A stretch of 64,000 bases of DNA. It comes from Trichosphaerium sp. ATCC 40318 (taxonomy: Eukaryota > Protista > Tubulinea). The stretch covers positions 372,001 through 436,000 of the forward strand of contig JALMLS010000579.1 of assembly GCA_038496445.1 (NCBI GenBank), in the 5' to 3' direction. The first letter of the stretch is position 1; each line of letters starts with the position of its first letter. Below are positions 27,049 to 38,429 of the stretch, piece by piece. The translations under genes were made by a program, and so were the position numbers. The notes beneath the pieces are model-generated. The model was given only the letters and a program-made list of their open reading frames with translations, searched no databases and was not told the DNA's origin.

Positions 27049-27522
27049 TTAATCTCTACATCTTGGCAGAGGTAAGCGGCTCATCATAGTAAAGGTAGGT
27101 GATTGAGATAGTGTGAACCCAAAATCACAATTGCCATTTACACAGCATGGTGCCTTAGAAATATACGTGTAGAAGGATCCATTTTTTTTTCCCAAACTCA
27201 CATCACCTACGATTCTGTACTGTTGGGTTGGCTTTCCTCTGACTTGGTAGACCAGAATTGTATCGAACCTGCATGAAACTCCTTCTGCAGGCTCTGTTAT
27301 GTTACCGACAACCCATGAAGTGTATTTATCAGCCACTTTATCGGGTTCTTGAAGAATTGTCATATTACCGCATTGGAGTGGCCTTTTAATTATGTTACTG
27401 TCGTCTACAAGCTCAAATTCAACTCCGTTCAATTGCACGGTGTTCAAGGTGAACCTCATTTGCATATAGCAATGAGACAAAGCGAAGACAGATAGTAATA
27501 GTAAAAGGAGAGATGTTGTCAT
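27049..27522 (-). CDS. Small intronless secreted Cys-containing protein, unknown function
   Basis: 157-aa ORF with signal MTTSLLLLLLSVFALS and 6 Cys after the signal region. Confidence 0.7.
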   Translation of the reverse strand: MTTSLLLLLLSVFALSHCYMQMRFTLNTVQLNGVEFELVDDSNIIKRPLQCGNMTILQEPDKVADKYTSWVVGNITEPAEGVSCRFDTILVYQVRGKPTQQYRIVGDVSLGKKNGSFYTYISKAPCCVNGNCDFGFTLSQSPTFTMMSRLPLPRCRD

Positions 27523-28022
27523 AGTCGAAAGTGTGAAAGATGTTGAATTTCTAGTTGACGAGAACTGGCGTATTTTTAAAATAGTAAGTCGCCTTCGGAC
27601 AAAAAATGATGTTCATGTTCTAAATCATCGTTTAACTAATAAATATAGCGTTTAGAATAGTTTCAGTTGTTATTTCTTGTATTTTACGGAATTTCTCGGA
27701 GAACCTCGCTAAAAATTTTGGAAACACGTACGTAAAACATTGATACTATTGCTGCATAGCTCTTTTGAAGTTGCTTGTACAAGTCAAACCTCGTGTTCTC
27801 ACTCACAAACACGGAAGTTCACGATCCTTTTTTGATCGTACCCAACGACAACATGAGATGGTACTTACACGTTGGGGGTTATAAAGTCTTAAGTCGAATC
27901 TTGTCAGGGCTTGTAAAGCTACAAACCTTTACCCACGAGAATCCTCAATAAGCTTGGTGTTTGTTTTAGACTCAATCAGTGTTTATTTAGAACAGAATAA
28001 CCTACTTTTAATTTACATTATC

Positions 28023-29886
28023 TTACTGTTCAAGTACAACCCTAAACAAAGATAATTAGCAAAAACACACTTTTGGTCAAAAACATTGAACATACATTTC
28101 GGGCATTTCAAAGCGACATTCAAACGTCTTTCTACGCCTATTCCTTCCTCTTAATGATCTCTTTGATGGTCTAATATATGGTTCGGCACGGTTGATATCT
28201 ACAGAGTATCTTGAAGAGATTGAAGTTAGTTTGTAGCCCATCAAGAATAACAATAAAATAATAAAGTCCTAGGTTCTTACCCAAGGTCACTAAGTCCCTG
28301 TACACTAATTCTTGAAAGTGGATTTGAGCCACGGTTCAAGTTAGGTGTCATGAGCTCATTATCAAAAGTAGATTCCCGCCAATGCCTAATACAAAGTTGC
28401 TTAGAAATAATCAAAAAAACTCAAATATGTCATACGTTAGACGACTACCTGGACCGCCAACATTTGCGACAGGAGTAGTTGATTGTGAGTTACCAAAAAT
28501 ATTTCTGTATTGGGCTGTTGCCCGAGGTAAAGTGTAACGTGGGTCGTTACTGTTTTGATCTATGATAACACCACGTCTGCGCACCCACAAAGATCCAAGG
28601 CCACTATCAGATAAAAAAGTTAAGGGTCAAATTAAACAATATACTGGGCATACAGGATGTGTCCTATCTCATGCCTCATAAGTACTCCAAAATCACCGTC
28701 GTTAAGAAGCTGTTCAGCATCAGCAATATCTATTTCTAGTATACCAGAAATCTACATGTAGTTAGAGAAAAAAAAGCACAAGAAAAATTACCGGAAGGCC
28801 AGTTTCGCTGTTACCGCCACGGATTTCTCTAGGACCTGCTTGCCCCAGAGCGCTTCCAGGACCATCTATTTAATATATCAGATAACCATCGTATTACCAA
28901 CGTACCAATAGCAGGGAATGTAATATCAATGTAGAGATCATCTACGAAAACAGAATGTAAAAAAACAAGCAACAAACCACCAAACATTTTTAGTCACATA
29001 CCAACATTTCTATTTAACCACTCTGATCTGCCGTCAGGTAAATCAACAGTTATGACTCTCTCCCAGAATCGAGCAGCAGCTTCTGCTTGAATTAGCTTGG
29101 GGAGTAGGTAAGATACAAAAAGAGAACAGTTGATTATAAAGACGTACAAGTCTTGTGATAAGTGGTGTACGAACACCGTTGAAACCCCATTCAATATTGT
29201 AGTTTCCATCTTGTATTACTTCAAAGAAATTAAAGTTAACACCTCCATTCAGAAATGTTATCTGTATTCTCTGTGGCCCTCGAGTAATACGACCCATACT
29301 CACATACAGATCAGTCCACTCTTGCCATCCTGTAAAAAAGTTAGACTACGCTGCCTATCACGTTCACAACTTAGTACCTCCTGATCCACTTAATACTGCA
29401 GTTTTGGTGATAGAACCAACTTGAACTACAATAGTACTCGGTGTAGTTCTAGCGGAAGCAAGCCGAAGTCTGATTGTGTAAAACGCTGTCCTAGCAAACA
29501 CTGGACTTTCGTATACAAGATACTCTGAAGCTTGTATATAGCCAACGTTACAGTAACCACCTAATGGATCTGATGTCCTTCTAAGATCAACAAATGGCCG
29601 CGTTTGAGAGATGCCACAAGCATCGCCACCTGAGATTAAGACCATGAGTATCAAAAGTGACAAAAGGGAAAAGGGATTTGGTGTTCATGGTACCGAGATT
29701 GTTGTTGGTGAGTTCTCGCTTTCCAGTAAACCTTTCGGCTTCAACACGTCCAGGAACACGTGTATTAATCTGAGCTGATACCTAATACCACTATTAGTAC
29801 ATGATAAAGAGAGTTGTATAATAAAGATCAAGTAAACTGCGTACATGTGCTATCAGGACTATCAACACAATTATTAAACGGTACAT
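28023..29886 (-). CDS. CBM6 + M8-type metalloprotease, copy 2
   Basis: Same exon structure as copy 1; HEIGHIL|GLG, HWRES, NELMTP. Confidence 0.85.
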
Positions 29887-30884
29887 TGTCTTGTTGATGT
29901 GTTGTTGATTGTTGTATTTTATTTTTGTTTTTACTAATTTGCTAGATTTCAATTATAGGGTCATCATGAAATCGCTATCAAGCGTGATAATACTGATAAA
30001 CATATGACAACTGCATACATCAATATAGAGTCCTCAAAAGAATGTTTACAGGGATATTTTTTATGTATCACGTGATACACCATGTTTATCTAAAAATATT
30101 TGAAAACATTGCCAATGAAGTCATTGCTACATTAGTACGTAAACGAAAATCATGACACCACCAGTATCGCTAGAAACTACGTAATATCTTGGGCCAGGGT
30201 AATGGTGTGCGTTTTCCAGGGCAATGTTGTTACTGTTGAGATGCTTTCTATGAGTTGGTATCCCGGTTTTTCCAAGCCAGAGAATGGTATTTGTTTTTGT
30301 GCACATTGGGTACCACATCGCTACTAAACGGTTTGAATACACTGTACGTATAATGTTGTAACAATGTACTGTTGGCAAATCCGAAACTCGGCCTGTTATG
30401 CAGATGGTTTTTTTCTAACTACGTATGTATAAAACAAAGGGCTAGACCTCAAAACAAAGAAACTGAATATCGAATTATCTATTTGAGGTGTTAAAATGAC
30501 GACATTAATAAACACATATTACGACTAATATCATCAGATTAAACTAAGATATATTACATCAATGTTCATGCCTTGCACTTTTTGCAATTATCATAGCAAT
30601 AACTTCTATCAAATGCCAAGTATGTCTGACATAGTCATAGTACGTATGTGTTTAAAATTGATACTAAGGGCATCAGAGATCATTTTGTTTGGGCATTACC
30701 AAGTAAGTTGTAGCACGTGGTATTGTTAGGTAATTTTGTTGCATTTAGGTATTTCTTAAAGAACAAGTTCGTTCGAAAAAAGATTAGCTCGTATACACCT
30801 GGAGCTCAATAGGTTCCTTACTTGATGCTCTTATTTGTTTGTTGAAAGACCCTGATGTGGGAAATGATTGCAGAACACACTGTA

Positions 30885-30901
30885 TGACATGTATACACCA
30901 A
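30885..30901 (+). repeat. 5' target-site duplication TGACATGTATACACCAA
   Basis: Identical 17-mer recurs at 35298-35314 directly after the poly(A). Confidence 0.95.
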
Positions 30902-30998
30902 GGAGCCCGCCTTAACTGCGCGGGGAGTGCATCACCTCTTCACTATTTTACGTTCTAACTATTATGTTACGCTAGTTAGAATAACGGTAGTGCTGGTT

Positions 30999-31604
30999 AT
31001 GCCTACTTTAAATTTTACAAGCTACACATTAATTTATAGTCAACACATCCTAGAACGCCGTAAACACATCATAATACATCATAGATATAGTACAAAGAAC
31101 AATACAATACCAGACGATGTTGGATATTCAAATTTATTTTACCCTCAAACTGGGGTAGTATACATGTACGAGTGCTACTACAGAATAAATATCATGTCTG
31201 CAACTTTGATAGGGACAGTGGTTAATTTTTTCACGCAACCAGCTTCTGACTCTATAAACAATACCTATATACTTTTCAAACCAAAAAAGAACTTACAAAA
31301 AACATATTTGAATTCGTGTTTTATTATCATAACGCATTTCGCATCCAGGGAAATCTCCAAAATTTTAGAATTTTCCACAGCTTGTAATTACACGTGTACA
31401 TTTTACATGAATGTTTCTATATCCTATTGCCGGTTCATACCACAATTTTTCTCTTTGTCTAATGTCATTTTCTGCGTGTTAAACAGGTTTATAGTTTACG
31501 TGATTGCTTGTGTTAAGATTTTTTCCAATTGGCGTTCCTCATGGATTGTCTCTTCTTTAGCAGGTACGGTGTTGTTGTTTTCGCGTTGGCTGGGATCTGT
31601 GTAA
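30999..31604 (+). CDS. LINE ORF1-position hydrophobic protein (about 201 aa from first ATG)
   Basis: Frame is stop-free from the element 5' end (30903) to TAA 31602-31604 in AT-rich DNA; no CCHC or RRM motif seen; hydrophobic C-terminus. Confidence 0.5.
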   Translation: MPTLNFTSYTLIYSQHILERRKHIIIHHRYSTKNNTIPDDVGYSNLFYPQTGVVYMYECYYRINIMSATLIGTVVNFFTQPASDSINNTYILFKPKKNLQKTYLNSCFIIITHFASREISKILEFSTACNYTCTFYMNVSISYCRFIPQFFSLSNVIFCVLNRFIVYVIACVKIFSNWRSSWIVSSLAGTVLLFSRWLGSV

Positions 31605-31607
31605 ATT

Positions 31608-34600
31608 ATGAGTAAAAACAAGTGTATCAAACTCGCTACAGCTAATATAAGGGGATTCAGTAATTTTGACAAGGTACAAGAACTGGCATACAATCTCAAG
31701 TGCAATATTTTTTGTGCTACAGAAACAAATGTCTTTCAAGATCATAGGCGTAAAACGGTACATACAGATGAAGGGAGAGGCACTGGAGTAGCATTAACTG
31801 CAGTTAGAGGTAAACAACCGATATTACTTAATTCTGTAGATGGTCGAATTCTGGTAGCAGAGATAGAATGCAATGGAGTTAAATTAAAAATAGCAACCAT
31901 ATATGCTAAATCTAACAGCTCAAATGATTTTTGGCTTAAAGTCTTTCAAGCGGTGGCTGATTGCGATATTATCACAGGTGATTTTAATCTACGCCTAGAG
32001 AATAAAAAGGCACTTAAAACATACGCATTATTACTACAATTAGGATTTATTGATGCAGCGGTAAAGTTCCACAAAGTACTGCCTACACATGAAAAAGGAG
32101 GTAGATTAGATCTATTATTAATTTCTAAAACGTTATCTCCTAATCTAAAATCATTCAAAGTTTTTGACATGCCAATTTTTGAACTTGATCACTCGATTTT
32201 ACTTGCTTCTCTTGAATTCGGTCCTTGACTCCCTCGTCCTTTTCGCATTAATCCAGTTCTTTTCAAGGAAGTACACAAAGCCACTAAAACGTGTGATTTA
32301 ACATTTGGTCCTTCTCCAAGCGATTATGTACGTGATAAGAATGAACTAATAACTAGATTTAGTAAAAATCAACGCAATCTATTATTCAAAAAGAACGCAC
32401 GAATCAATGTGCTAGCAGCGACTCTATCAAATAAACACACAGCTACTATGAAAGACCTATTAGAATACAATAAACTCACCAAAGAAAAGAAAGAATTTAC
32501 CTGTGTGGCGGCATCTATCGATAAAGACAAACACAATGAAATACCATCTGCTCAGCTAACAAGGATATTAAAAGGCAGAAATTCTGCTAGAATAGTTGAA
32601 GAACTAAAGTGCACATGGAACAACACGTCTTCAAAAGATATAAAAGAAATACTTTCAACAAGTGTCAGATTTTACAAAAATCTATACGACGACCTTAAAA
32701 TAGATGAAGAAGTCCTTAACCAAGTAAGTAGTTTATGGAAACCTAAGTCCTTTGTAGAATTGAAAGAACAACTAAATGTTCCTATTGAAGAAGAAGAAAT
32801 AGAAGAAGTAATAAACAACATGCCTTCTAATAAAGCTCCAGGCCCAGATGGCTTATCAGCGTGCGTATACAAATCTATGAAGGAAACTTTTGTTCCGTCA
32901 CTCACAAGTCTATTTAATACATTTATCAAACAAGGTTGTGTAGATCAGTTTCTATGTAAGGGTACGATTATTCCTATTTTCAAAAAAGGAGATCCCAAAT
33001 TGATGGCTAACTACCGTCCTATAACTCTTACTAACGTTGATTACAAAATTTTAATGAAGGTTTTCTACAATCGCTTGACACCTCTCATGTCAAAAATTAT
33101 CCTCAAAACCCAGAACGGTTTCATACCAGGAAGGGATATTGTTGACAATGTCATAGCTGCTCTAGAAACCATAGCCTACAACAAAAAGCACTCGAAATGG
33201 TTGAGGATGATTGCATATGATTTCAAAAAAGCTTTCGATTCCTGTAGCCATATTGCGCTAAAATTATTCCTAACAAAAATAGGATTCTCTGACAAGATTG
33301 CTAAAATGTTAGTTCAAGCTCTCAAATTAGATGTTCAAGTAAGAATCAACAATGTCGTTAGCAAAGAAACCTTTTGTACAAAGAGAGGTACAGGTCAAGG
33401 AAATCCTATAAGCCCTTATTTCTTCGCACTAATGGTGGAACCGCTCAACTGGATCATAAATCATGAAGCTTATATCAAGGGTGCCGAGATGAGTCTAAAG
33501 AATTGGCTTAAAAACCTGTTCTTTGCTGACGATCTGTTATTATTAGCTAGCTCCATAGATGATATTGATGAAATGAATTATTGGTTAACAAGATATGGAA
33601 AAGCAACTGGTCTTCAGATTAACGAAAAGAAATGCTTTCAAGCAAACATCTCAGGCTTGGATAATGATAAAAGTAAAGTGTTCGATACAGGTACTAGTAT
33701 CAGGTATCTCGGCTTTACTTTGAGTGATGACGGCTTGAATTTTGATTGGAACAAAGCAATAGACAAAATAACAGTACAACTAGTAAAGTGGAAGCCGCTG
33801 TGTAAAACAATTCGACAAAAAATCAATATTTTTAAATCGTATGCTCAATCTCAACTAATCTACTTCACCAGGCCTCTTTCAATCCCTCCTAGTGCAACTG
33901 CCAAAATTATCAATGTGTGCAACTGGTTTCTTTGGGATGTATCACGTGTCTTTGACAAGAAGAAGGTCTATTGTCGTGTATCTTGGACGCAACTGTCACT
34001 TCCATTCTCCTTGGGAGGTTTTTCTCTCAGTTCGATTGCGCAAATAAGCAATGCATTTAAAGCATCGTTGTGGGAACGGCACTTGGCGATTGATACAATA
34101 TATTCACAGGCATGGAAAGATGGGTCACAGCTAAGTTCTTTGTGCCGAGTTTCTTTTGAATCATTTAACATAAAACCAGAAAACAAATTCAGAAAAGTAA
34201 AATTTTTTACAAATATTTTACGTAACAAAATCATTCCACGTTTAAAACCTCATTTTAGGAAAAATTTTATCCTTAACTCAATGATACTCAAGCTACTAAA
34301 CAAATTTAAAGGTGTAAGTTACATTAGAGATATATTATGGAGATTTATTATGAGATGTCTCCCTGTTACGCACAAAAAAGATGCATTCCCACCAGAGAAG
34401 CACGAAGAAATATTTTTTGACTGGTCGATACCCAGCAAGATAATGGAAGTTGTTTTTGATCTATTATCATTTTGTAAACCAGATGTGTCACTAAAAGTAT
34501 CGCTAGAAAATTGCAAATCAGTACATCACCTTTTGGAAATAGGAATAATTTTGGCGATAACTTGGATCATTAGAAATGATATTAAACATGGTGTACCTGT

Positions 34601-34949
34601 AGGTAAATGGTTATCAGGACAACAGATCAGATACAAATATATTAATTGGATGATTATTGCTACTTACAATGGAACAATAAAAAAAGTTGATTGGATATAC
34701 AAGAATGAGACCACAAATAGATGGACAACTGACAGATTCAAATGCCACGTTCAAATGGATTATACAAATGTAGTGTCAGAACAGAATAGCTTGCGGAGAC
34801 TACAAATTAATACACCTGCATTTATTGTTGGAAGCGGAATTGACGATATATTACCAGATGGTACAATTATTTTGAGTAAATATTTACAACCTACTAACGC
34901 TAGAAGAATCTCCAAACCTGTACTTAGACTAGGTTCAATTTACAACTAG
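31608..34949 (+). CDS. LINE ORF2 (APE endonuclease + reverse transcriptase), interrupted by one in-frame TGA at 32226-32228
   Basis: ANIRG, TET, IYA, GDFN, RLD, DH endonuclease motifs; KAPGPDG, YRPITL..DYKIL, QNGF, DFKKAFD, QGNPISP, FADD, YLG RT motifs. ORFs at 31608 and 32409 share a frame, with no other stop between them. Confidence 0.9.
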
Positions 34950-35297
34950 ACATCATGGGTCGCGTTCCCTCCTAATTTGCTTTGCAAATTTGGAGCCGTT
35001 GGCGCTCCCTATACCTAGTTACCGCACTTAGTGTGTGGTTTTTATATTAAAGTGATTTTCTTTTTATTTGGGGGGGAAACTTCCCCCCAACCCCCCTTCT
35101 TCTTCTTTTATTATATCGTATTACTTGCTTCTAATAATTCTATTTATGTCAATACGTCGGTATACTGTTGAGAAGGAACTTATTGCACAATAAATTTATT
35201 TTATTTTTATACAATGTAAACAAACAAACCTGTAACAAAACCATATGTAATAAAGTAGGCGCTAGCGCGCTGCCTCTTATTCTAAAAAAAAAAAAAA

Positions 35298-35314
35298 TGA
35301 CATGTATACACCAA
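35298..35314 (+). repeat. 3' target-site duplication
   Basis: TGACATGTATACACCAA, identical to 30885-30901. Confidence 0.95.
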
Positions 35315-35639
35315 AGCAATGAAAGATACTTTAAGTGCCGTTTTAAATGAGTAAAAAGAAATTGTTCAATTGACTTTCACTAGAAATGGCTCGAGAGTGG
35401 ACATCAATACGCTACCTGAATTCTACATAAAAAAACTCATGGACATAGTACATAGATGGTGGCAGAACAGCTCCAGGAATTCGGGCTATTGAATAAATAC
35501 GACTAAATATGTTTACCCGGTGTTATTGTTTTATTTCTAAAGTACTTCCCAAAAAAACACACGCTATAAGCTTCGAAGGTGCGTGACCTACAACAAGTAC
35601 AACTGTTTTGATTTTAAAAAAAGATCAAATTAGTAAATT

Positions 35640-36185
35640 ATGGCCGATAAAGAAGCCCAAGCACGTGTTAAAGCAGTAGAGATAGCTTTCCCAGATAGTA
35701 AGGAAGCGACACCAAAAGACGTAAAGTACATGAAACGTGCTTACGAGATTGCTTCAAACGCCGTTAAAAACGGTAACCACCCGTTCGGTGCTCTCCTCGT
35801 TTACAATGATACGATTATCATGGAATATGAAAATCACGTGATGACGACAAAGGATATCACTCTTCACGCTGAAACAGGGTTGATAGCAAAAGCTTCAAAA
35901 AATCTTACTTCTGAGCTTATTAATAAGTGTACTCTTTATACAAGCACTGAACCGTGTATAATGTGTTGTGGTGCCATATTTTGGGCAAAGGTTAAGAAGA
36001 TTGTTTACGGTGTTACCTCTTCTCAGTTCTCTAAACTCATCGGTGACGCTTTTCATGCGTCAAATGTTCATGATATTTTTAAAGAAATCGATAAGGATAC
36101 TGTTGTAGTAGGTCCAATAATGGAGAAGGAAGGTCTATTATTACATTCTTCGTTTTGGTTTAGACCTGACATTGCGGGGGAATAA
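35640..36185 (+). CDS. Zinc-dependent nucleoside/nucleobase deaminase (CDA superfamily, GuaD/TadA-like), intronless
   Basis: GNHPFGALLV, LHAE, TLYTSTEPCIMCCGAIFWA. Confidence 0.9.
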   Translation: MADKEAQARVKAVEIAFPDSKEATPKDVKYMKRAYEIASNAVKNGNHPFGALLVYNDTIIMEYENHVMTTKDITLHAETGLIAKASKNLTSELINKCTLYTSTEPCIMCCGAIFWAKVKKIVYGVTSSQFSKLIGDAFHASNVHDIFKEIDKDTVVVGPIMEKEGLLLHSSFWFRPDIAGE

Positions 36186-36258
36186 ACAAAGACAAAGAGT
36201 TTTTTATTGACATGCTTTAGTTAATTCAAAAACAACACGTGGTGTTGATTTTTACTTC

Positions 36259-37341
36259 CTACTTTTTGAGTGCGACTGCCCAATCACAACGTGGCTTAAT
36301 AGTCAAACCATCATCAATAACATCAACTGCAAAACTACCCGCGAACATAACCGTATCGTACTTTGTCCCATTATCATCAACTTCAACAGGCACTGTACAA
36401 TAACCAGGTGTTACTTTTGAAAAGTCAATAACAGGCCATTTTGACGTAATAGTGTTTCTCCTCGCACTCAGGGTGTCTCCTCTCCATACACCGTCTCCAT
36501 CAAAGGCACAAAAGGCAGTTATCCATCCACTCAAGTATGAAGGGCCGCTACCGCCACTGTGGCGATCACAAATCTTGCCCCAGAAGTCGAGATTAGGTTT
36601 TCCAGAAGAAGCTGAGACGAGTTCATCCAAAATAGGTGATAAGTGTTGGTGCCACTTTTTCATTATTTTCTTGCCTGAAACTTCGAATTCAAGGAGCTTG
36701 TCAATCTTTTTACGTAGTTTGATGTAGTCCTCAGGTGTACCAAGAAGAGTGACATTCGGAATACCACAGGTGAGGCACATTCCGAATGAGAAATATTTTT
36801 GCATGCTGGCCATGAGTAGAACTGACGATACAACCTTATCTGTCGCTGTAGTTGTGGTAAAGTCTTGAATGACCCAAGACCGTATTTGATCATCCTTCAG
36901 GTTCTTTTGGATCTGTACTGTCATGTTTTGAGCAAATTGAGCGTAGTTTGCTGTTCTCAGAGTCCCAGAAGCGTTAATAACAAGTTTCTTCTTTCCTGAA
37001 TGAGATACAAACTTATCTCGGAGCTCCTCAGCGTTTTTGTTGACATAGAGGCTGAACTGGGTCATAATAGCTGTCCAAAAGTCGTCTGGGCGTAGAACAA
37101 TGTTGTGGTGATAACAATAGGCAGCAACGACCGAATCAACGAAACCGTTTTGCTTGCTCCTCGCAGAAGGTTTATTGGCTTCTTCTGAGCATTGAATAAC
37201 TTCTTTAAGAGGTTTATCATCTTCGTTACCTCGCAGGTACTCTCTAAGACTTGATACAACGTTACGAAGACCAGGTTCGATTTGGTTGTTCAACCACACT
37301 GCAGTAGGTTTCTTATTTGAAGGCTGAAATGTTGTAGACAT
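36259..37341 (-). CDS. DUF4419-domain protein, intronless
   Basis: NGFV..AY..HH..VLRPDDFW..I..QFSLYVN.NAEELR..FV.H.GKK.L; FTTTT..D; CGIP.VTLLGT..D; GGSGPSYLSGWITAF. ATG at 37341. Confidence 0.8.
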   Translation of the reverse strand: MSTTFQPSNKKPTAVWLNNQIEPGLRNVVSSLREYLRGNEDDKPLKEVIQCSEEANKPSARSKQNGFVDSVVAAYCYHHNIVLRPDDFWTAIMTQFSLYVNKNAEELRDKFVSHSGKKKLVINASGTLRTANYAQFAQNMTVQIQKNLKDDQIRSWVIQDFTTTTATDKVVSSVLLMASMQKYFSFGMCLTCGIPNVTLLGTPEDYIKLRKKIDKLLEFEVSGKKIMKKWHQHLSPILDELVSASSGKPNLDFWGKICDRHSGGSGPSYLSGWITAFCAFDGDGVWRGDTLSARRNTITSKWPVIDFSKVTPGYCTVPVEVDDNGTKYDTVMFAGSFAVDVIDDGLTIKPRCDWAVALKK

Positions 37342-37644
37342 GATGCCGAATGGTTCAACTGTTTTAAAACTGTCGTTGCGTGTTCTGTGAACAGTGAACC
37401 GTTCAGACTCCTCAAAAAAGACTGTCACGTGTTTATAAATGTCGGGACCAGACCACAACCACCTCTGTCCTAGAGGTAACTTTAAGATGGGTACCAAGGA
37501 AAAGTGGATAAATCTATTTATTTTCGGAATACAAATTCAATGACTATTCATAATGTTGATGCAGATCCCCGACTATATCTTTTTTTTGTTGAGTGTATAG
37601 TATGGAATTGAACTAGATTTACACAATGCATGGAGTTGGCGTAC

Positions 37645-38429
37645 TTACTTCAATTGGCCATTTTCATTCCAGGCCTTGTATTCTCCTTCTTGTTTACCAT
37701 TGATGTAATAACACTGTATCTTCAATTGCCCGTTTTCATACCATGTCTTGCTTTCTCCTTCTTGTTTATCATTGACGCAAATGCACTGCTCACATAATTG
37801 ACCAGTTTCATACCACCTCCTGTATTGTCCCTCTTGTTTACCATCGATGTAATTACACTGCTCATAAAGTTGACCATTTTCATACCACCTCTTGTATTGT
37901 CCTTCCCACTTACCATTAACATAATAATTCTGTCTTGCTAATGGACCACTTTTATACCACTTCTTGCTTTCTCCTTCTTGTTTACCATTGATGTAATTAC
38001 ACTGCTCATAAAGTTGACCATTTTCATGCCATCTCTTGTATTCTCCTTCTTGTTTATCATTAACGTAATTGCACTGCCTATGTAATTGACCGCTGTTATA
38101 CCAATCCTTGTATTGTCCTTCTTGTGTACCATGTTCCCAGTATTGTTGCATTACAACTTGGTTGTTCACTATTTGTTGCCATTTTCCATGCTTTTTCATG
38201 TCGCCATCAAATCTTGATGTCACTGCTGCCTGTTTTGAAAGAAGAGGCCAAAACAAATACAGTGACATGTCTAAATCAATAATATCGAGTTGAACCTCGA
38301 CTGGAAGGCGTAAAAGATGGCAATCATCTGATTGTACAGTAAATGCCTACGTATTGTTATATGCCATCAAATCGTGACTAAATTTTGTGCTCGTACCTTG
38401 TAAACGATAGTACTGGGATGTGCTTGCAT
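37645..38429 (-). CDS. F-box-like + MORN-variant (YwqK-like) repeat protein, 2 exons
   Basis: MQAHPSTIVYK|AFTVQSDDCHLLRLPVEVQLDII via one GT-AG intron; about 7 copies of a 24-aa (72-nt) unit EGEYKRWYENGQLYEQCNYINGKQ. Confidence 0.8.

Larger units (their letters stand above)
30902..35297 (+). mobile_element. Non-LTR retrotransposon (APE-type LINE, L1/Tx1-like), 4.4 kb, recent insertion
   Basis: Perfect 17-bp TSD, A14 tail (35284-35297), APE endonuclease and RT motifs, no introns. Confidence 0.95.

Noticed and set aside
30902-30960. HDV-like ribozyme at the LINE 5' end
   Set aside because: Only simple hairpins are visible; no P1/P2 pseudoknot pairing could be built.
35640-36185. Deaminase as LINE cargo or an APOBEC-like restriction factor
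   Set aside because: It lies outside the TSD, and its motifs are of GuaD/TadA-type metabolic deaminases.
37650-38110. 72-nt repeats as a CRISPR-like array
   Set aside because: In-frame coding MORN repeats with no unique spacers.
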